A stretch of DNA of 64,000 bases from Gemmatimonadales bacterium (GCA_039794085.1 JBDIWC010000001.1:64001-128000), one strand, 5' to 3'; positions 8,958 to 20,481 are shown, counted from the first letter of the stretch. A program made the numbers and translations. The notes: generated by a model not told the origin, from the sequence alone.

Positions 8958-10664
8958 ATGCCCATCAGCCCGGATCGCGCTGAGTTCTTTGTCCGGGAGG
9001 CCGGAGAGTATCTCGCCAGGATGACCCCCCTCCTGGCGACGAACGTCCTCTCCTCCCCGGACGAACTTGTGCGCCTGGCCCGTGCCCTCCGGGGCGCGAC
9101 GCTGATGGCCGGCCCTCCCGGGCTGATCCGGGCCACCACCGCATTCGAGAACGCGGCCAAGGCCCTTCAGGGAGGCGGACTCTCCTGGGGGGAACCGATC
9201 ATCACGGACGTGCGCGAGGCGCGAAGCCGCCTCGACAGCCTGGTGAGCCGAGCTTCGGCGTGGGGAGAGGAGGAACGGAAAGAAGTGTCAGGCTTGGCCC
9301 AGGTCCTGGAGGAGCTTCTGGGAACCTCGGACACGACCTCCCCCGTCCGATCCTCTCCGGTACCTCCCTTGGAGTCCACACCCGAGGGCGTGCGCACTTT
9401 CGTCATGCGGGAGGCGGCCCGGATCGCGCGTGCCACCGAGGACCTCCTCGCCACGGCGGCACGACCCGGCCCGGAGGCCCTGCTCCGAGTTCTCGACCGC
9501 ATGCATGCGCTCCGTGGCCTTGCCCTGCCCGGTCATTTCCACGCCCTCACCCTCGTGCTCGAAAGCCTGGAGTCACTCCTGGGGGACCTGCTGAGGGGCT
9601 ATCCCCCCCCCCCCGATCTGGGACCGATCCTCACCACCGCGACTCTCGGGCTGCTGCGCGGCGCCGAGGGACCACCGGGAGAGGCTCTCCCCGCCGATGT
9701 GGCTCGGCTGGGCGCACTTGTCTGCGCCGCCTTTGCGGAAGAACGCGATGTGGTGCCGGTGGAGCAATTGCTCCTCGACCCGGTCCCCCCGAAGGCGAGC
9801 GGGGAGGGGGACGCCCCGCTACCACCTCCCGATCCGGTCGACCTGGTGAGTCTGGGAGACCGGTTGCGGCACCTGGCTTCCCAGTTCCGCACCCCGGATC
9901 GGGCCGTCCTCCCGTTTCACGTCCAGTCACTCGCCGCAATGCTCCGCTCTCTCCGCACGATCGCCGATCGAGCCCCGGCGGGACCTGCCATTCGCGAGAT
10001 TGCCCGGGCCATCCGGCGGGGGGGCGCCCTCGCCGACCCCGAGGGATTTGCGAGCGCGCTCCTCGCCCTGTCGCAACCCCTGACCGCCGCCACCTCCACG
10101 ACGACCGAGGACGTGGAACGGGATCTTGCCCTGGCCGTTACCCTCCTTCCGGGAGGGACGGCCGAGCTCCCCCCGGGGCCTCCGGAGATCCCCGCATCGG
10201 CTCCCCGGACTGCGGCTGTCGCGCCCCTGACAGCCGAGAAGAGCGAAGCCACCCTCCCGCAGGGGGAAGAACCGGACATCGTCCCCATCGCCACCCTCCT
10301 TCTCCCTGAGGATCCCACGGCACGGACGTCCTTCGAAGTCAGTTTCGCCACCCTGCACCGACTCCGGCATGGCCTGGATCTGGTGACGACGCCCGGCAAC
10401 TCCGAGGCTCCGGTGGTCCCGGCGGATCACTCCCCGCGGGAGGATGAGGGCATCGTTCTCATCGAGGAACTGCTCCATCGGGACGAGGGTGTGGTGCCCA
10501 TCGAGGATCTGCTCTATCGGGGAATGGCCGCGGCAGCCCGCCTCCGGGAAATCCAAACGACGCTGAGAACCCTTCGCACTCCGTCCCCGGATCCGGAGGT
10601 CCTCTCCTCTCTGGTCGACGAGTGCCTGGACCTCCTCCCGCTGGCACTTGACGTTGCTCACTGA
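8958..10664 (+). CDS. Hypothetical protein with two Hpt-like helical repeats
   Basis: FFVREAGEYL...RLARALRGA and FVMREAARI...RMHALRGL; repeated VVPIEDLL-type motifs. Confidence 0.6.
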   Translation: MPISPDRAEFFVREAGEYLARMTPLLATNVLSSPDELVRLARALRGATLMAGPPGLIRATTAFENAAKALQGGGLSWGEPIITDVREARSRLDSLVSRASAWGEEERKEVSGLAQVLEELLGTSDTTSPVRSSPVPPLESTPEGVRTFVMREAARIARATEDLLATAARPGPEALLRVLDRMHALRGLALPGHFHALTLVLESLESLLGDLLRGYPPPPDLGPILTTATLGLLRGAEGPPGEALPADVARLGALVCAAFAEERDVVPVEQLLLDPVPPKASGEGDAPLPPPDPVDLVSLGDRLRHLASQFRTPDRAVLPFHVQSLAAMLRSLRTIADRAPAGPAIREIARAIRRGGALADPEGFASALLALSQPLTAATSTTTEDVERDLALAVTLLPGGTAELPPGPPEIPASAPRTAAVAPLTAEKSEATLPQGEEPDIVPIATLLLPEDPTARTSFEVSFATLHRLRHGLDLVTTPGNSEAPVVPADHSPREDEGIVLIEELLHRDEGVVPIEDLLYRGMAAAARLREIQTTLRTLRTPSPDPEVLSSLVDECLDLLPLALDVAH

Positions 10665-11691
10665 GGACTCGGGCGCGCCCGCTCCCCGTCTGCGTCGCAG
10701 TGCCATCGGGGCCGGCATCGGCATCCTTGTTTCCCTGGGGCTCCTCGCCCTGGCCCTGCGCGCGATCGACATCGAGGCGGCGTGGCAGCATGCCCGGAGT
10801 GCCCGGGCCCTGCCGCTCGTCCTGACGGTTGTTCTGGCGACGCTCGCGTTCCCCCTCCGCGTGGTGCGGTGGCGGGCGCTCCTCCACACGGTCGACGGGG
10901 TCCCGATCCCGCCGGGGCCGGCGTGGCACGCCGTGGCGATGGGCTTCATGGCCAACAACCTCTTCCCGTTCCGCGCCGGTGAGCTCCTCCGTGCCTACGC
11001 CATTGGCCGGCTGGCCCCGGTCCCGTTCAGCGGCGCCCTGTCGTCCATCGCCGTGGAGCGGGTGCTCGACGGGCTCACCCTCCTGGGCCTTCTTCCGCTG
11101 GGGCTCTTCCTGTCGGGCATTCCCGCGGACACCACGATCGGGAGCCTGCGCGTCACGAGCCTGGTGAGCCGAATCGGCCTTCTCAGCGTCGTGGCCCTGG
11201 GGGGCGCCCTGGCCGTGGTGCTCTTTCCCCGGAAAGCCGAAGGCCTCATCCGCCGCCTCATGCCGGTACCGGCGGTGGCCGAGCGACTGGCCGGGCTGGT
11301 GCACTCGGTGGCCACGGGGTTCGGGGCGCTCGGGTCTCCCCGCCGGTTGGCCGCGGCTCTGGTCTGGTCCGGTGTCCTCTGGGGGGTCAACGCACTGTCC
11401 TTCTACGTCGCCTTCCAGGCCTTCGGGCTTTCCGTGGGTCTGGCGGGGGCCCTGGTGCTGCAGAGCGTGCTGGCTTTCGGAATCGCGGTTCCGTCGAGCC
11501 CCGGGTATGTCGGGCTGTTCGAGGGCGCCGTGATTCTTGCCCTGGCCCTCTACGCCGTCCCCGCGGACCTCGCCTTCGCCTACGCCGCCACCTATCACGT
11601 CCTGACATTTCTCCCGATCACCCTGCTCGGACTCTGGTCCGTGACCCGCACCTCCATCGGGCTCGGTGACCTGCGGCGGAGTGGACCATGA
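10648..11691 (+). CDS. Lysylphosphatidylglycerol synthase TM-domain (flippase-like) membrane protein
   Basis: RW..LL, GFMANNLFPFRAGELLR, VERVLD, PSSPGYVGLFE; multi-TM. Confidence 0.85.
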   Translation: MTLLTEDSGAPAPRLRRSAIGAGIGILVSLGLLALALRAIDIEAAWQHARSARALPLVLTVVLATLAFPLRVVRWRALLHTVDGVPIPPGPAWHAVAMGFMANNLFPFRAGELLRAYAIGRLAPVPFSGALSSIAVERVLDGLTLLGLLPLGLFLSGIPADTTIGSLRVTSLVSRIGLLSVVALGGALAVVLFPRKAEGLIRRLMPVPAVAERLAGLVHSVATGFGALGSPRRLAAALVWSGVLWGVNALSFYVAFQAFGLSVGLAGALVLQSVLAFGIAVPSSPGYVGLFEGAVILALALYAVPADLAFAYAATYHVLTFLPITLLGLWSVTRTSIGLGDLRRSGP

Positions 11692-12548
11692 CCGAACCGA
11701 TCACCCTCCTCGCCCACGCCAAGATCAATCTCCTCCTCCGCGTGCTGTCGCGGGAGACGGACGGATATCACGGCATCGAGACCCTTTTCGCGCGGATCTC
11801 GCTGGCGGATGAGCTGGTGCTGGAACCCCGGAAGCCCGGCGACATCACCCTGGCCGTGGAGGGGAGGATGGACCTGGGCCCGGAGAAGGACAACCTCGTG
11901 GTCCGGGCCATGCGCCTCGTGCTGGAGGCGACCCGGCATCCGATCGGGATACATTGTCTTCTCCGAAAGCGAATTCCGGTTCAGGCGGGGCTCGGGGGTG
12001 GGTCCGCGGATGCCGCCGCCGCGCTCCTCGGGGTCAACGCGCTGGTCAACCACCGGATCCCGACCCACGAGTTGCTTCAGCTATCGACCCAGCTCGGGGC
12101 GGACGTCCCCTTCTGCCTGACCGAGGCCCCTCTGGCGCTGGCCTGGGGACACGGGGAGAGAATCCTTCGTCTTCCCCCCCTCCCCTCGACCCCACTTCTC
12201 GTGTTGACTCCTCCCGCCGGGATCCCAACCAGCCAGGGGTATGCCTGGGTCGATGCCGCTCAGGGAGGATCCCGCCGGGGGGCCCTGGCACTCGATCTGG
12301 AGGCGCTGGGCTCCTGGGGAAGCATCGCCCGGATGGCGGGGAACGATTTCGAGTCACCCACATTCGCCCACCTCCCGGCCGTCCGGGCCGCCTTCGAGGC
12401 GCTGGTGGCCACGCACCCGTTCCTGTGCCGGATGACGGGCAGTGGATCGAGCCTGGTGGCACTGTACCGCTCCTCCCGGGACCGGGACGACGCCCGCCAG
12501 CAACTGGGGCGCTCGTTTGGCACCGTACGAGAGGCGGAGACCCTGTAA
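11688..12548 (+). CDS. ispE: 4-diphosphocytidyl-2-C-methyl-D-erythritol kinase
   Basis: AKINLLL, KRIPVQAGLGGGSADAA, LGADVPF, MTGSGS. Confidence 0.95.
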   Translation: MTEPITLLAHAKINLLLRVLSRETDGYHGIETLFARISLADELVLEPRKPGDITLAVEGRMDLGPEKDNLVVRAMRLVLEATRHPIGIHCLLRKRIPVQAGLGGGSADAAAALLGVNALVNHRIPTHELLQLSTQLGADVPFCLTEAPLALAWGHGERILRLPPLPSTPLLVLTPPAGIPTSQGYAWVDAAQGGSRRGALALDLEALGSWGSIARMAGNDFESPTFAHLPAVRAAFEALVATHPFLCRMTGSGSSLVALYRSSRDRDDARQQLGRSFGTVREAETL

Positions 12549-12555
12549 CCGGTGG

Positions 12556-12584
12556 TTCACCGGCGGGCCGGGATCGTTTATCTT
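12556..12584 (+). promoter_or_regulatory. Putative promoter for tRNA-Gln
   Basis: TTCACC-17 nt-TATCTT, 10 nt before the tRNA. Confidence 0.45.
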
Positions 12585-12594
12585 CCCCGCGCGC

Positions 12595-12665
12595 TGGCCC
12601 TTCGTCCAATGGCAGGACATCAGACTTTGGATCTGAGAATGGTGGTTCGAGCCCACCAGGGCCAA
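12595..12665 (+). tRNA. tRNA-Gln(TTG)
   Basis: Acceptor TGGCCCT/AGGGCCA, anticodon arm TCAGA-CTTTGGA-TCTGA, T-loop GTTCGAG; CCA not encoded; usual ispE-tRNA-Gln-prs context. Confidence 0.95.
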
Positions 12666-12720
12666 TGTGGGCCCGGTTCACCGCACCGTGGGCACGTTGT
12701 CGGGACCGGGCACGAGTGAT

Positions 12721-12749
12721 TTGACCACCAGCTTTCCCACCGCTATCTT
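12721..12749 (+). promoter_or_regulatory. Sigma-70-type promoter for prs-rplY-pth
   Basis: TTGACC-17 nt-TATCTT. Confidence 0.6.
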
Positions 12750-12763
12750 TAGGGGCTGTGGCA

Positions 12764-13717
12764 ATGTCGGGAATTGCGGCTGCACGCAGTCCATTGATGC
12801 TCATCAGCGGGTCGGCCAATCGGCCACTCGCCGAGGAGATCTCCCGCCATCTGGATCAACCGCTCTGCGCGGTGACCAGCCGGCGGTTTGCCGATGGCGA
12901 GTTGTTCGTCAAGATCGATGAGAACGTCCGGGGACGGGACGTCTACATCATCCAGCCGACCAACCCGCCCGCCGAGAACATCCTGGAGCTGTTGCTCCTG
13001 ATGGACGCGGCGAAACGGGCGAGTGCGGCCCGGGTCACCCCGGTGATACCCTACTTCGGGTACGCGCGACAGGACCGGAAGGACCAGCCCCGGGTGGCGA
13101 TCAGCGCCAAGCTGATGGCCAACATGGTGTCCCGCGCGGGAGCGGACCGGGTGCTGGCGGTGGACTTCCACCAGCACCAGCTGCAGGGATTCTTCGACCT
13201 GCCGGTCGATCATCTGTACGCCCTGCCTGTGTTCGTGAACCACTTCCGGCAGAAGGGGCTCACCGATCTCGTGATCGTGGCCTCGGATGTGGGGGGAGCC
13301 AAGATGGCCCGCGGGTTCGCCAAGCGGCTGAACGCCTCGCTGGCGATCATCGACAAGCGACGCACGGCGGCTAATGTGGCCGAGGTGGTGAACGTGGTGG
13401 GAGACGTGGACGGCCGGGACTGCCTCATCCCGGACGACATGATCGACACCGGGGGCACCATGGCGGAGGCGGCCCATGCCCTGCGCCGGCTGGGCGCCCG
13501 GAAGATCTACATCTGCGCAACGCACGCCCTCTTCTCGGGACCCGCCGTGGAGAGACTCCAGGACGCGCCGGTGGAAGAGGTGGTAGTCTCGAATACGATC
13601 GCCCTGCCGCCCGAGCGGCAGTTTGCCAAATTGACCACGCTCTCCATCGCCCCGTTGATTGCCAAGGCGATTGGCTACACCCACAGCGACCAGAGCGTGA
13701 GCGCGCTGTTCGACTGA
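12764..13717 (+). CDS. prs: Ribose-phosphate pyrophosphokinase
   Basis: FADGE, PYFGYARQDRK, DDMIDTGGT; alternative GTG start at 12758. Confidence 0.97.
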   Translation: MSGIAAARSPLMLISGSANRPLAEEISRHLDQPLCAVTSRRFADGELFVKIDENVRGRDVYIIQPTNPPAENILELLLLMDAAKRASAARVTPVIPYFGYARQDRKDQPRVAISAKLMANMVSRAGADRVLAVDFHQHQLQGFFDLPVDHLYALPVFVNHFRQKGLTDLVIVASDVGGAKMARGFAKRLNASLAIIDKRRTAANVAEVVNVVGDVDGRDCLIPDDMIDTGGTMAEAAHALRRLGARKIYICATHALFSGPAVERLQDAPVEEVVVSNTIALPPERQFAKLTTLSIAPLIAKAIGYTHSDQSVSALFD

Positions 13718-13736
13718 CCGACGAAGGAACCACACG

Positions 13737-14396
13737 ATGCCGCAGACCACACTGACCGCCTCCCCGCGCACCGCCACCGGCAAGGGTGCCGCGCGCACAC
13801 TCCGACGCGAGGGACAGGTCCCCGCCGTCATCTACGGACATGGCCGCCCGGCGGAATCCCTCTCGGTGGACGTGGGCCCGCTGACACGCTACTTCGCCTC
13901 GCGACACCGGAGCACCGTGATCGAGGTGGAGATTCCCGGCCGGGATCCGGTCCGCGCTATTCTGCGCGAGGTGCAGCGCAACCCGATCCGCCCCTCCGAC
14001 ATCCTGCACATCGATCTCTACGAGATCCATGCGGACGAGGCCGTCACCCTCGAAGTCCCGGTCCGCCTTGTGGGAGTACCCGACGGCGTCCGGAATTTCG
14101 GAGGCGTGCTGGACCATGTCCTTCGGGAGCTCGAGATCAAGGTTCTGCCCCGCAACATCCCGGAACACATCGACCTCGATGTGAGCGCACTCGGCATCGG
14201 GCAGGGCCTGCATATCCGCGACCTGAGCCAGCCCGAGATCGAGTTCCTTCAGGACGAGGATCTCCTCATTTGTACCGTGGTCGCCCCGCGGGTCGATGAC
14301 GTGTCGAAGACCGAGGAGGAGGTGGTGGCGACCGAAGCCGAACCGGAACTCATCCGGAAGCCGAAGAGCGAGGACCAGGACGACAGCGAGGACTAG
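13737..14396 (+). CDS. rplY: 50S ribosomal protein L25/Ctc
   Basis: GKGAARTLRREGQVPAVIYG, HIDLY, acidic tail. Confidence 0.95.
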   Translation: MPQTTLTASPRTATGKGAARTLRREGQVPAVIYGHGRPAESLSVDVGPLTRYFASRHRSTVIEVEIPGRDPVRAILREVQRNPIRPSDILHIDLYEIHADEAVTLEVPVRLVGVPDGVRNFGGVLDHVLRELEIKVLPRNIPEHIDLDVSALGIGQGLHIRDLSQPEIEFLQDEDLLICTVVAPRVDDVSKTEEEVVATEAEPELIRKPKSEDQDDSED

Positions 14397-14399
14397 GGT

Positions 14400-14963
14400 C
14401 TGCGCACCATCCTGGGACTCGGCAACCCCGGGCCCGGTTATGGGGGAACCCGGCACAACGCAGGATTCCTCCTGGCCGATCACCTGGCGGCCCGGTGGCG
14501 CCTGCCGCCCTTTCGCCGGGAAGGGCAGTCCCGGATCACCCGGGGTATGGTCGGAAACACGGCGGTGGAAGTTCTCAAGCCGCAGACATACATGAACCGC
14601 AGCGGCATGGCGCTCGCCCCCGTGCGGGCGCGCCCCGAGTTTGACCCCGCGCAGGACCTGCTGGTACTGGTGGACGATGTGGCCCTTCCCACCGGACGGT
14701 TCCGGCTCCGGGGTGCGGGGTCCGCCGGGGGGCACAACGGGTTGCGCAGCATCGAAGAAACCCTGGCGCGCCAGGACTATGCCCGTCTTCGCATCGGGGT
14801 CGGGCCCGTGAACCCCGGAATGGATCTGGCCGATTTTGTCCTCGGCCCCCTGCCCGCGGACGAAAACGAACTGATCGCGAACCTGCTGGACCCCATGACG
14901 GACGCTGTCGAGTGCTGGCTGATCGAGGGGATCGAGCCTGCCATGAACCAATTCAACCGTTGA
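14400..14963 (+). CDS. pth: Peptidyl-tRNA hydrolase (CTG start)
   Basis: Frame upstream of the tracked ATG (14547) reads [13 protein letters not shown]...[33 protein letters not shown]. Confidence 0.93.
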   Translation: MRTILGLGNPGPGYGGTRHNAGFLLADHLAARWRLPPFRREGQSRITRGMVGNTAVEVLKPQTYMNRSGMALAPVRARPEFDPAQDLLVLVDDVALPTGRFRLRGAGSAGGHNGLRSIEETLARQDYARLRIGVGPVNPGMDLADFVLGPLPADENELIANLLDPMTDAVECWLIEGIEPAMNQFNR

Positions 14964-14973
14964 GGAGCCCCCC

Positions 14974-17034
<2,061 letters not shown>

Positions 17035-17102
17035 CCTGACCGCGGGCACCGGGCTTCGGTCCGGTGCCCGCGGCCCCTTTCCCCCCTCCCCCTCCCCCTC
17101 CC

Positions 17103-18200
17103 ATGCTGCGTCTCGGAATCGTCGGGCTGCCCAATGTCGGCAAGTCCACTCTGTTCAATGCCCTGACTTCGGCGGGCGCCCTCGTGGCCAACTATCCCTT
17201 TGCCACCATCGAGCCCAACACCGGAGTCGTGCAGGTTCCCGACCCCCGGCTCGACGCCCTGGCCGCGATTGTCAGGCCGGAGAGGACCCTCCCCGCCACC
17301 GTGGAGTTCCTCGACATCGCGGGACTGGTCAAGGGCGCCAGCACGGGCGAAGGGCTCGGCAACCAGTTCCTGGCCAACATCCGGGAAGTGGACGCGATTG
17401 TCCACGTCATCCGCTGTTTCGACGATGACGACATCCAGCACGTCATGGGCTCCGTCGATCCCGTGCGCGACCGGACCATCATCAACATCGAGCTGGGGCT
17501 GGCCGATCTCGCCTCGGTCGAGAAGCGGCTGGAGCGGACCGGCCGGGCAGTCCGCTCGGGCGATCCGCGTGCCCAGCTGGAACAATCACTCCTCGAGCGA
17601 TTGCAACCGCTTCTCGGCGACGGGGAGCCCGCCCGGGCTCTCGTGGTCACCCCGGAGGAGGAGCCGGTCTTCCGGCAGTTCAACCTGCTGACCGCGAAGC
17701 CCGTTCTCTACGCCGCCAACGTGGCCGAGGAGGAGATCACCACGGGTAACGTCCATCTCACCGCGCTGGCCCAGGCCCTGGAAACCGAGCGGGAACCGGC
17801 CGAAATCGTTCCCTTCAGCGCCCGAGTCGAGGCGGAACTCGCCGAGCTGGCCCCGGAGGACCGTGCCGAGTTTCTCACCTCGCTCGGCCTGACCGAATCG
17901 GGGCTCGACCGGCTCGGACGGGCGGCGTACCATCTCCTGGGCCTGCGGAGCTACTTCACGGCGGGCGAAAAGGAGGTCCGGGCCTGGACCATTCACCGGG
18001 GTGACAAGGCACCGGCCGCAGCCGGCGTCATCCACTCCGACTTCGAGAAGGGGTTCATCCGGGCGGAGACGGTGTCGTACGACGATTTCATCCGGGTGGG
18101 AGGGTGGAAGGCGGCGCGGGAGCAGGGACTCGCCCGGGCCGAGGGGAAGGAGTATGTGGTTCAGGACGGGGATGTCCTCCTGTTCCGGTTCAACGTCTAG
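17103..18200 (+). CDS. ychF: Redox-regulated ATPase YchF
   Basis: [43 protein letters not shown]. Confidence 0.97.
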   Translation: MLRLGIVGLPNVGKSTLFNALTSAGALVANYPFATIEPNTGVVQVPDPRLDALAAIVRPERTLPATVEFLDIAGLVKGASTGEGLGNQFLANIREVDAIVHVIRCFDDDDIQHVMGSVDPVRDRTIINIELGLADLASVEKRLERTGRAVRSGDPRAQLEQSLLERLQPLLGDGEPARALVVTPEEEPVFRQFNLLTAKPVLYAANVAEEEITTGNVHLTALAQALETEREPAEIVPFSARVEAELAELAPEDRAEFLTSLGLTESGLDRLGRAAYHLLGLRSYFTAGEKEVRAWTIHRGDKAPAAAGVIHSDFEKGFIRAETVSYDDFIRVGGWKAAREQGLARAEGKEYVVQDGDVLLFRFNV

Positions 18201-18274
18201 GGAGGTTGTCCCGCTCCTGTGCACCGTGTCGGGCGACTGACGTCTCCCTGTGTGCTACCGAGAAAGGCGATCTC

Positions 18275-19066
18275 ATGCATAACATCCCGACAACCCGCCG
18301 AACCATCGGGTTTGGCCTTGTGCTGCTCGCGGTGGGGCTCCTTCCACGCACGGTCGGAGCCCAGCGCCTGGTGGCCGTCAAGGGCGTCATTCGGGAGGAC
18401 TCGACGCTCGTGGCGCTCCCCAATGCCGAGGTCCGGTTCGTGACCTTGGGTCGGGGAACCCTGACCGACTCCGCCGGTCGGTTCCTCCTCCCGGGCCTGC
18501 CGGCCGGGAGCCACCGCCTGCTGGTCCGCCGCGTTGGATACGAGCCGCTCGAGGCGATGGCCGACCTCGCACCGATCGACACCCTTGAACTTACCCTTCA
18601 GCTCACCCCAGTCCCCACCCGCCTGGCCACCCTGGAAAGCCGGGGCACCACGCCCTCTCCACCCGCCCGATTCCGGGAGTTTGAGGAACGGCGCCGAGGC
18701 GACCATGGGGCCTTCCTCACCCGGGAGGATCTCGATCGCCGGGCTTCCAGCCGGTTCAGCGACATTCTCCTCGGCATTCCCGGCCTTCGCCTCACGAGCC
18801 GCAACGGTACGGTCACCTACCTGGGAAGCGGCCGGGCGTCCGTGGGCGAACCGCCATGTTGGGCCCAGGTGATTGTCGACGGGGCTCTGTTCTATGACCC
18901 GACCACCGACCAGGGTTCCCTCACGGATCCGCCCAATCTTGACGGTTTTTCCCCTCGGGAGCTCGAAGCAGTGGAATACTACCGCGGGACAGCGGACGTC
19001 CCGGTTCAGTACCTCTCGCGCGGGGCCATCTGCGGGACACTGGTCCTCTGGTTCCGCTCCCGGTGA
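18275..19066 (+). CDS. Exported CarboxypepD_reg-like + TonB-plug-like protein without beta-barrel
   Basis: Signal peptide, TLTDSAGRF...RRVGY, FEERR, AVEYY...CGTLVLW C-terminus. Confidence 0.7.
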   Translation: MHNIPTTRRTIGFGLVLLAVGLLPRTVGAQRLVAVKGVIREDSTLVALPNAEVRFVTLGRGTLTDSAGRFLLPGLPAGSHRLLVRRVGYEPLEAMADLAPIDTLELTLQLTPVPTRLATLESRGTTPSPPARFREFEERRRGDHGAFLTREDLDRRASSRFSDILLGIPGLRLTSRNGTVTYLGSGRASVGEPPCWAQVIVDGALFYDPTTDQGSLTDPPNLDGFSPRELEAVEYYRGTADVPVQYLSRGAICGTLVLWFRSR

Positions 19067-19109
19067 TGGCCATCCAGGCTCGGATGACCCCTCTTTCGAC
19101 CCCCCACCA

Positions 19110-19784
19110 CTACGGCCACTCCGACCCTTTCCCCTCGCCTGCGAGGGCGAGCCGCCACTCCTCAATGAGCGCGGGGCACTGGGCCAGAAGCCGGCGTTCC
19201 TCGGGGTGCCCGCGTCCCCATTTGACCCTTCCCACGCGGGCCACGGTCCACTGGGGATAGGGGCGATCCTTGAGAACAACCTCCATTCCGGCCTCTATCC
19301 ATCCAGCGCGACCCACCCGGACATACCAGCCGTGGCGCCCGTTGGCGAGCACCTCCTCCACCAGTCCCGGTCGCCGATGACGCCGGGCCAAGGTCAGGCA
19401 CGGGGCCCGTGGAGCGGAGACCTCCAGTCGGATCGCCCCCGCGTCGTAGATGTCCCCGAGACACACGCTCTCCTCGTCCATCCCCGTCACGGTCAGGTTT
19501 TCTCCGAATGCCCCGGGATGAACATCCTTCCTCCCCCACTCCGACCTCCACCGGGGGTAATGTGATGCGGCGTACATGAGAATAGCCCGGTCCGGCCCGC
19601 CATGATGGCGGCGATCCACGACGTGATCTCCGGTCATCCCGCTTCGGTCGGCCCAGACGGCTCCATCCACGGGATCTTTCCAGATGGCGCTGGTCCAGGG
19701 CCGGTCCATCACGTCATCCGCCCCGGGGGTTCCCACAGTTCTGGGGCCCCCGATCTGAACACTTTCGATCTGCATGAGTAGCAT
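19110..19784 (-). CDS. MOSC domain protein (YiiM-like)
   Basis: SAIWK, HHGGPDRA, GAFGENLT, PRAPC, GWYVRV; start 19784 (leaderless-type) or 19775. Confidence 0.88.
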   Translation of the reverse strand: MLLMQIESVQIGGPRTVGTPGADDVMDRPWTSAIWKDPVDGAVWADRSGMTGDHVVDRRHHGGPDRAILMYAASHYPRWRSEWGRKDVHPGAFGENLTVTGMDEESVCLGDIYDAGAIRLEVSAPRAPCLTLARRHRRPGLVEEVLANGRHGWYVRVGRAGWIEAGMEVVLKDRPYPQWTVARVGRVKWGRGHPEERRLLAQCPALIEEWRLALAGEGKGSEWP

Positions 19785-19817
19785 GAACCAAAGGTAGTGC
19801 TGCCTGATCCGTTCCGC

Positions 19818-19846
19818 TTCCATGCCGGGAGGAGACCGGCTATCTT
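19818..19846 (+). promoter_or_regulatory. Putative promoter for the rpsF operon
   Basis: TTCCAT-17 nt-TATCTT. Confidence 0.45.
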
Positions 19847-19921
19847 TGCCGGGCTCACAATTCGTCCTCCCCGCCACCCCCCACCGGGGCGGGGCGTTTC
19901 TCACGACCGAAGGAAGGTGGC

Positions 19922-20263
19922 ATGGTCCGTCCCTATGAGGTGGTTTACATCCTCGACAGCACGCTCGAAGATGAGGCCATCACCCAGAAACTCGCCAAGC
20001 TCCACGAACTGATCCACGTCGACGGAACGGAACCCCCGGTCCTCGACCTCTGGGGTCGTCGCACGCTGGCGTACGCCATCGGCAAGCACACCACCGGATA
20101 TTACGCGGTGGCCAACTTCGAAACCGACCCCGTGAAGCTCCCGGAGTTCGAACGCGCCCTCCGCCTGGACGACGCCGTGGTCCGGTTCCTGGTTGTGCTC
20201 AATGACGAGCCCCCGACCCCCGCCCAGGTCCCGGTCGCCCGGGACGACGAGGAGGAAGACTGA
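19922..20263 (+). CDS. rpsF: 30S ribosomal protein S6
   Basis: [23 protein letters not shown]. Confidence 0.95.
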   Translation: MVRPYEVVYILDSTLEDEAITQKLAKLHELIHVDGTEPPVLDLWGRRTLAYAIGKHTTGYYAVANFETDPVKLPEFERALRLDDAVVRFLVVLNDEPPTPAQVPVARDDEEED

Positions 20264-20481
20264 TGCGCATGAAGAAAGGTGACCCGATCGCCGAACTCCG
20301 GATCCGGGTGATCGACTACAAGGACGAGAAGCTTCTCTCCCGGTTCATCTCCGAGCGGGGAAAGATCCTCCCCCGGAGGCTCTCCGGCATCTCCGCTCGG
20401 CACCAGCGCCAGCTGAGCACGGCGATCAAACGGGCCCGGTTTCTCGCGCTCCTGCCCTACATCAAGGGTCACTCCAGCTGA
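20263..20481 (+). CDS. rpsR: 30S ribosomal protein S18
   Basis: [27 protein letters not shown]. Confidence 0.97.
   Translation: MRMKKGDPIAELRIRVIDYKDEKLLSRFISERGKILPRRLSGISARHQRQLSTAIKRARFLALLPYIKGHSS

Noticed and set aside
12595..12665. tRNA-Gln as a prophage or island integration site
   Set aside because: No integrase, no duplicated tRNA 3' end seen, and core synteny is intact
13425..14951. 508-aa minus-strand ORF
   Set aside because: Antisense to prs, rplY and pth
17075..17102. C-rich tract giving a poly-Pro extension to YchF
   Set aside because: YchF homology begins at ATG 17103; the tract is likely untranslated low-complexity sequence
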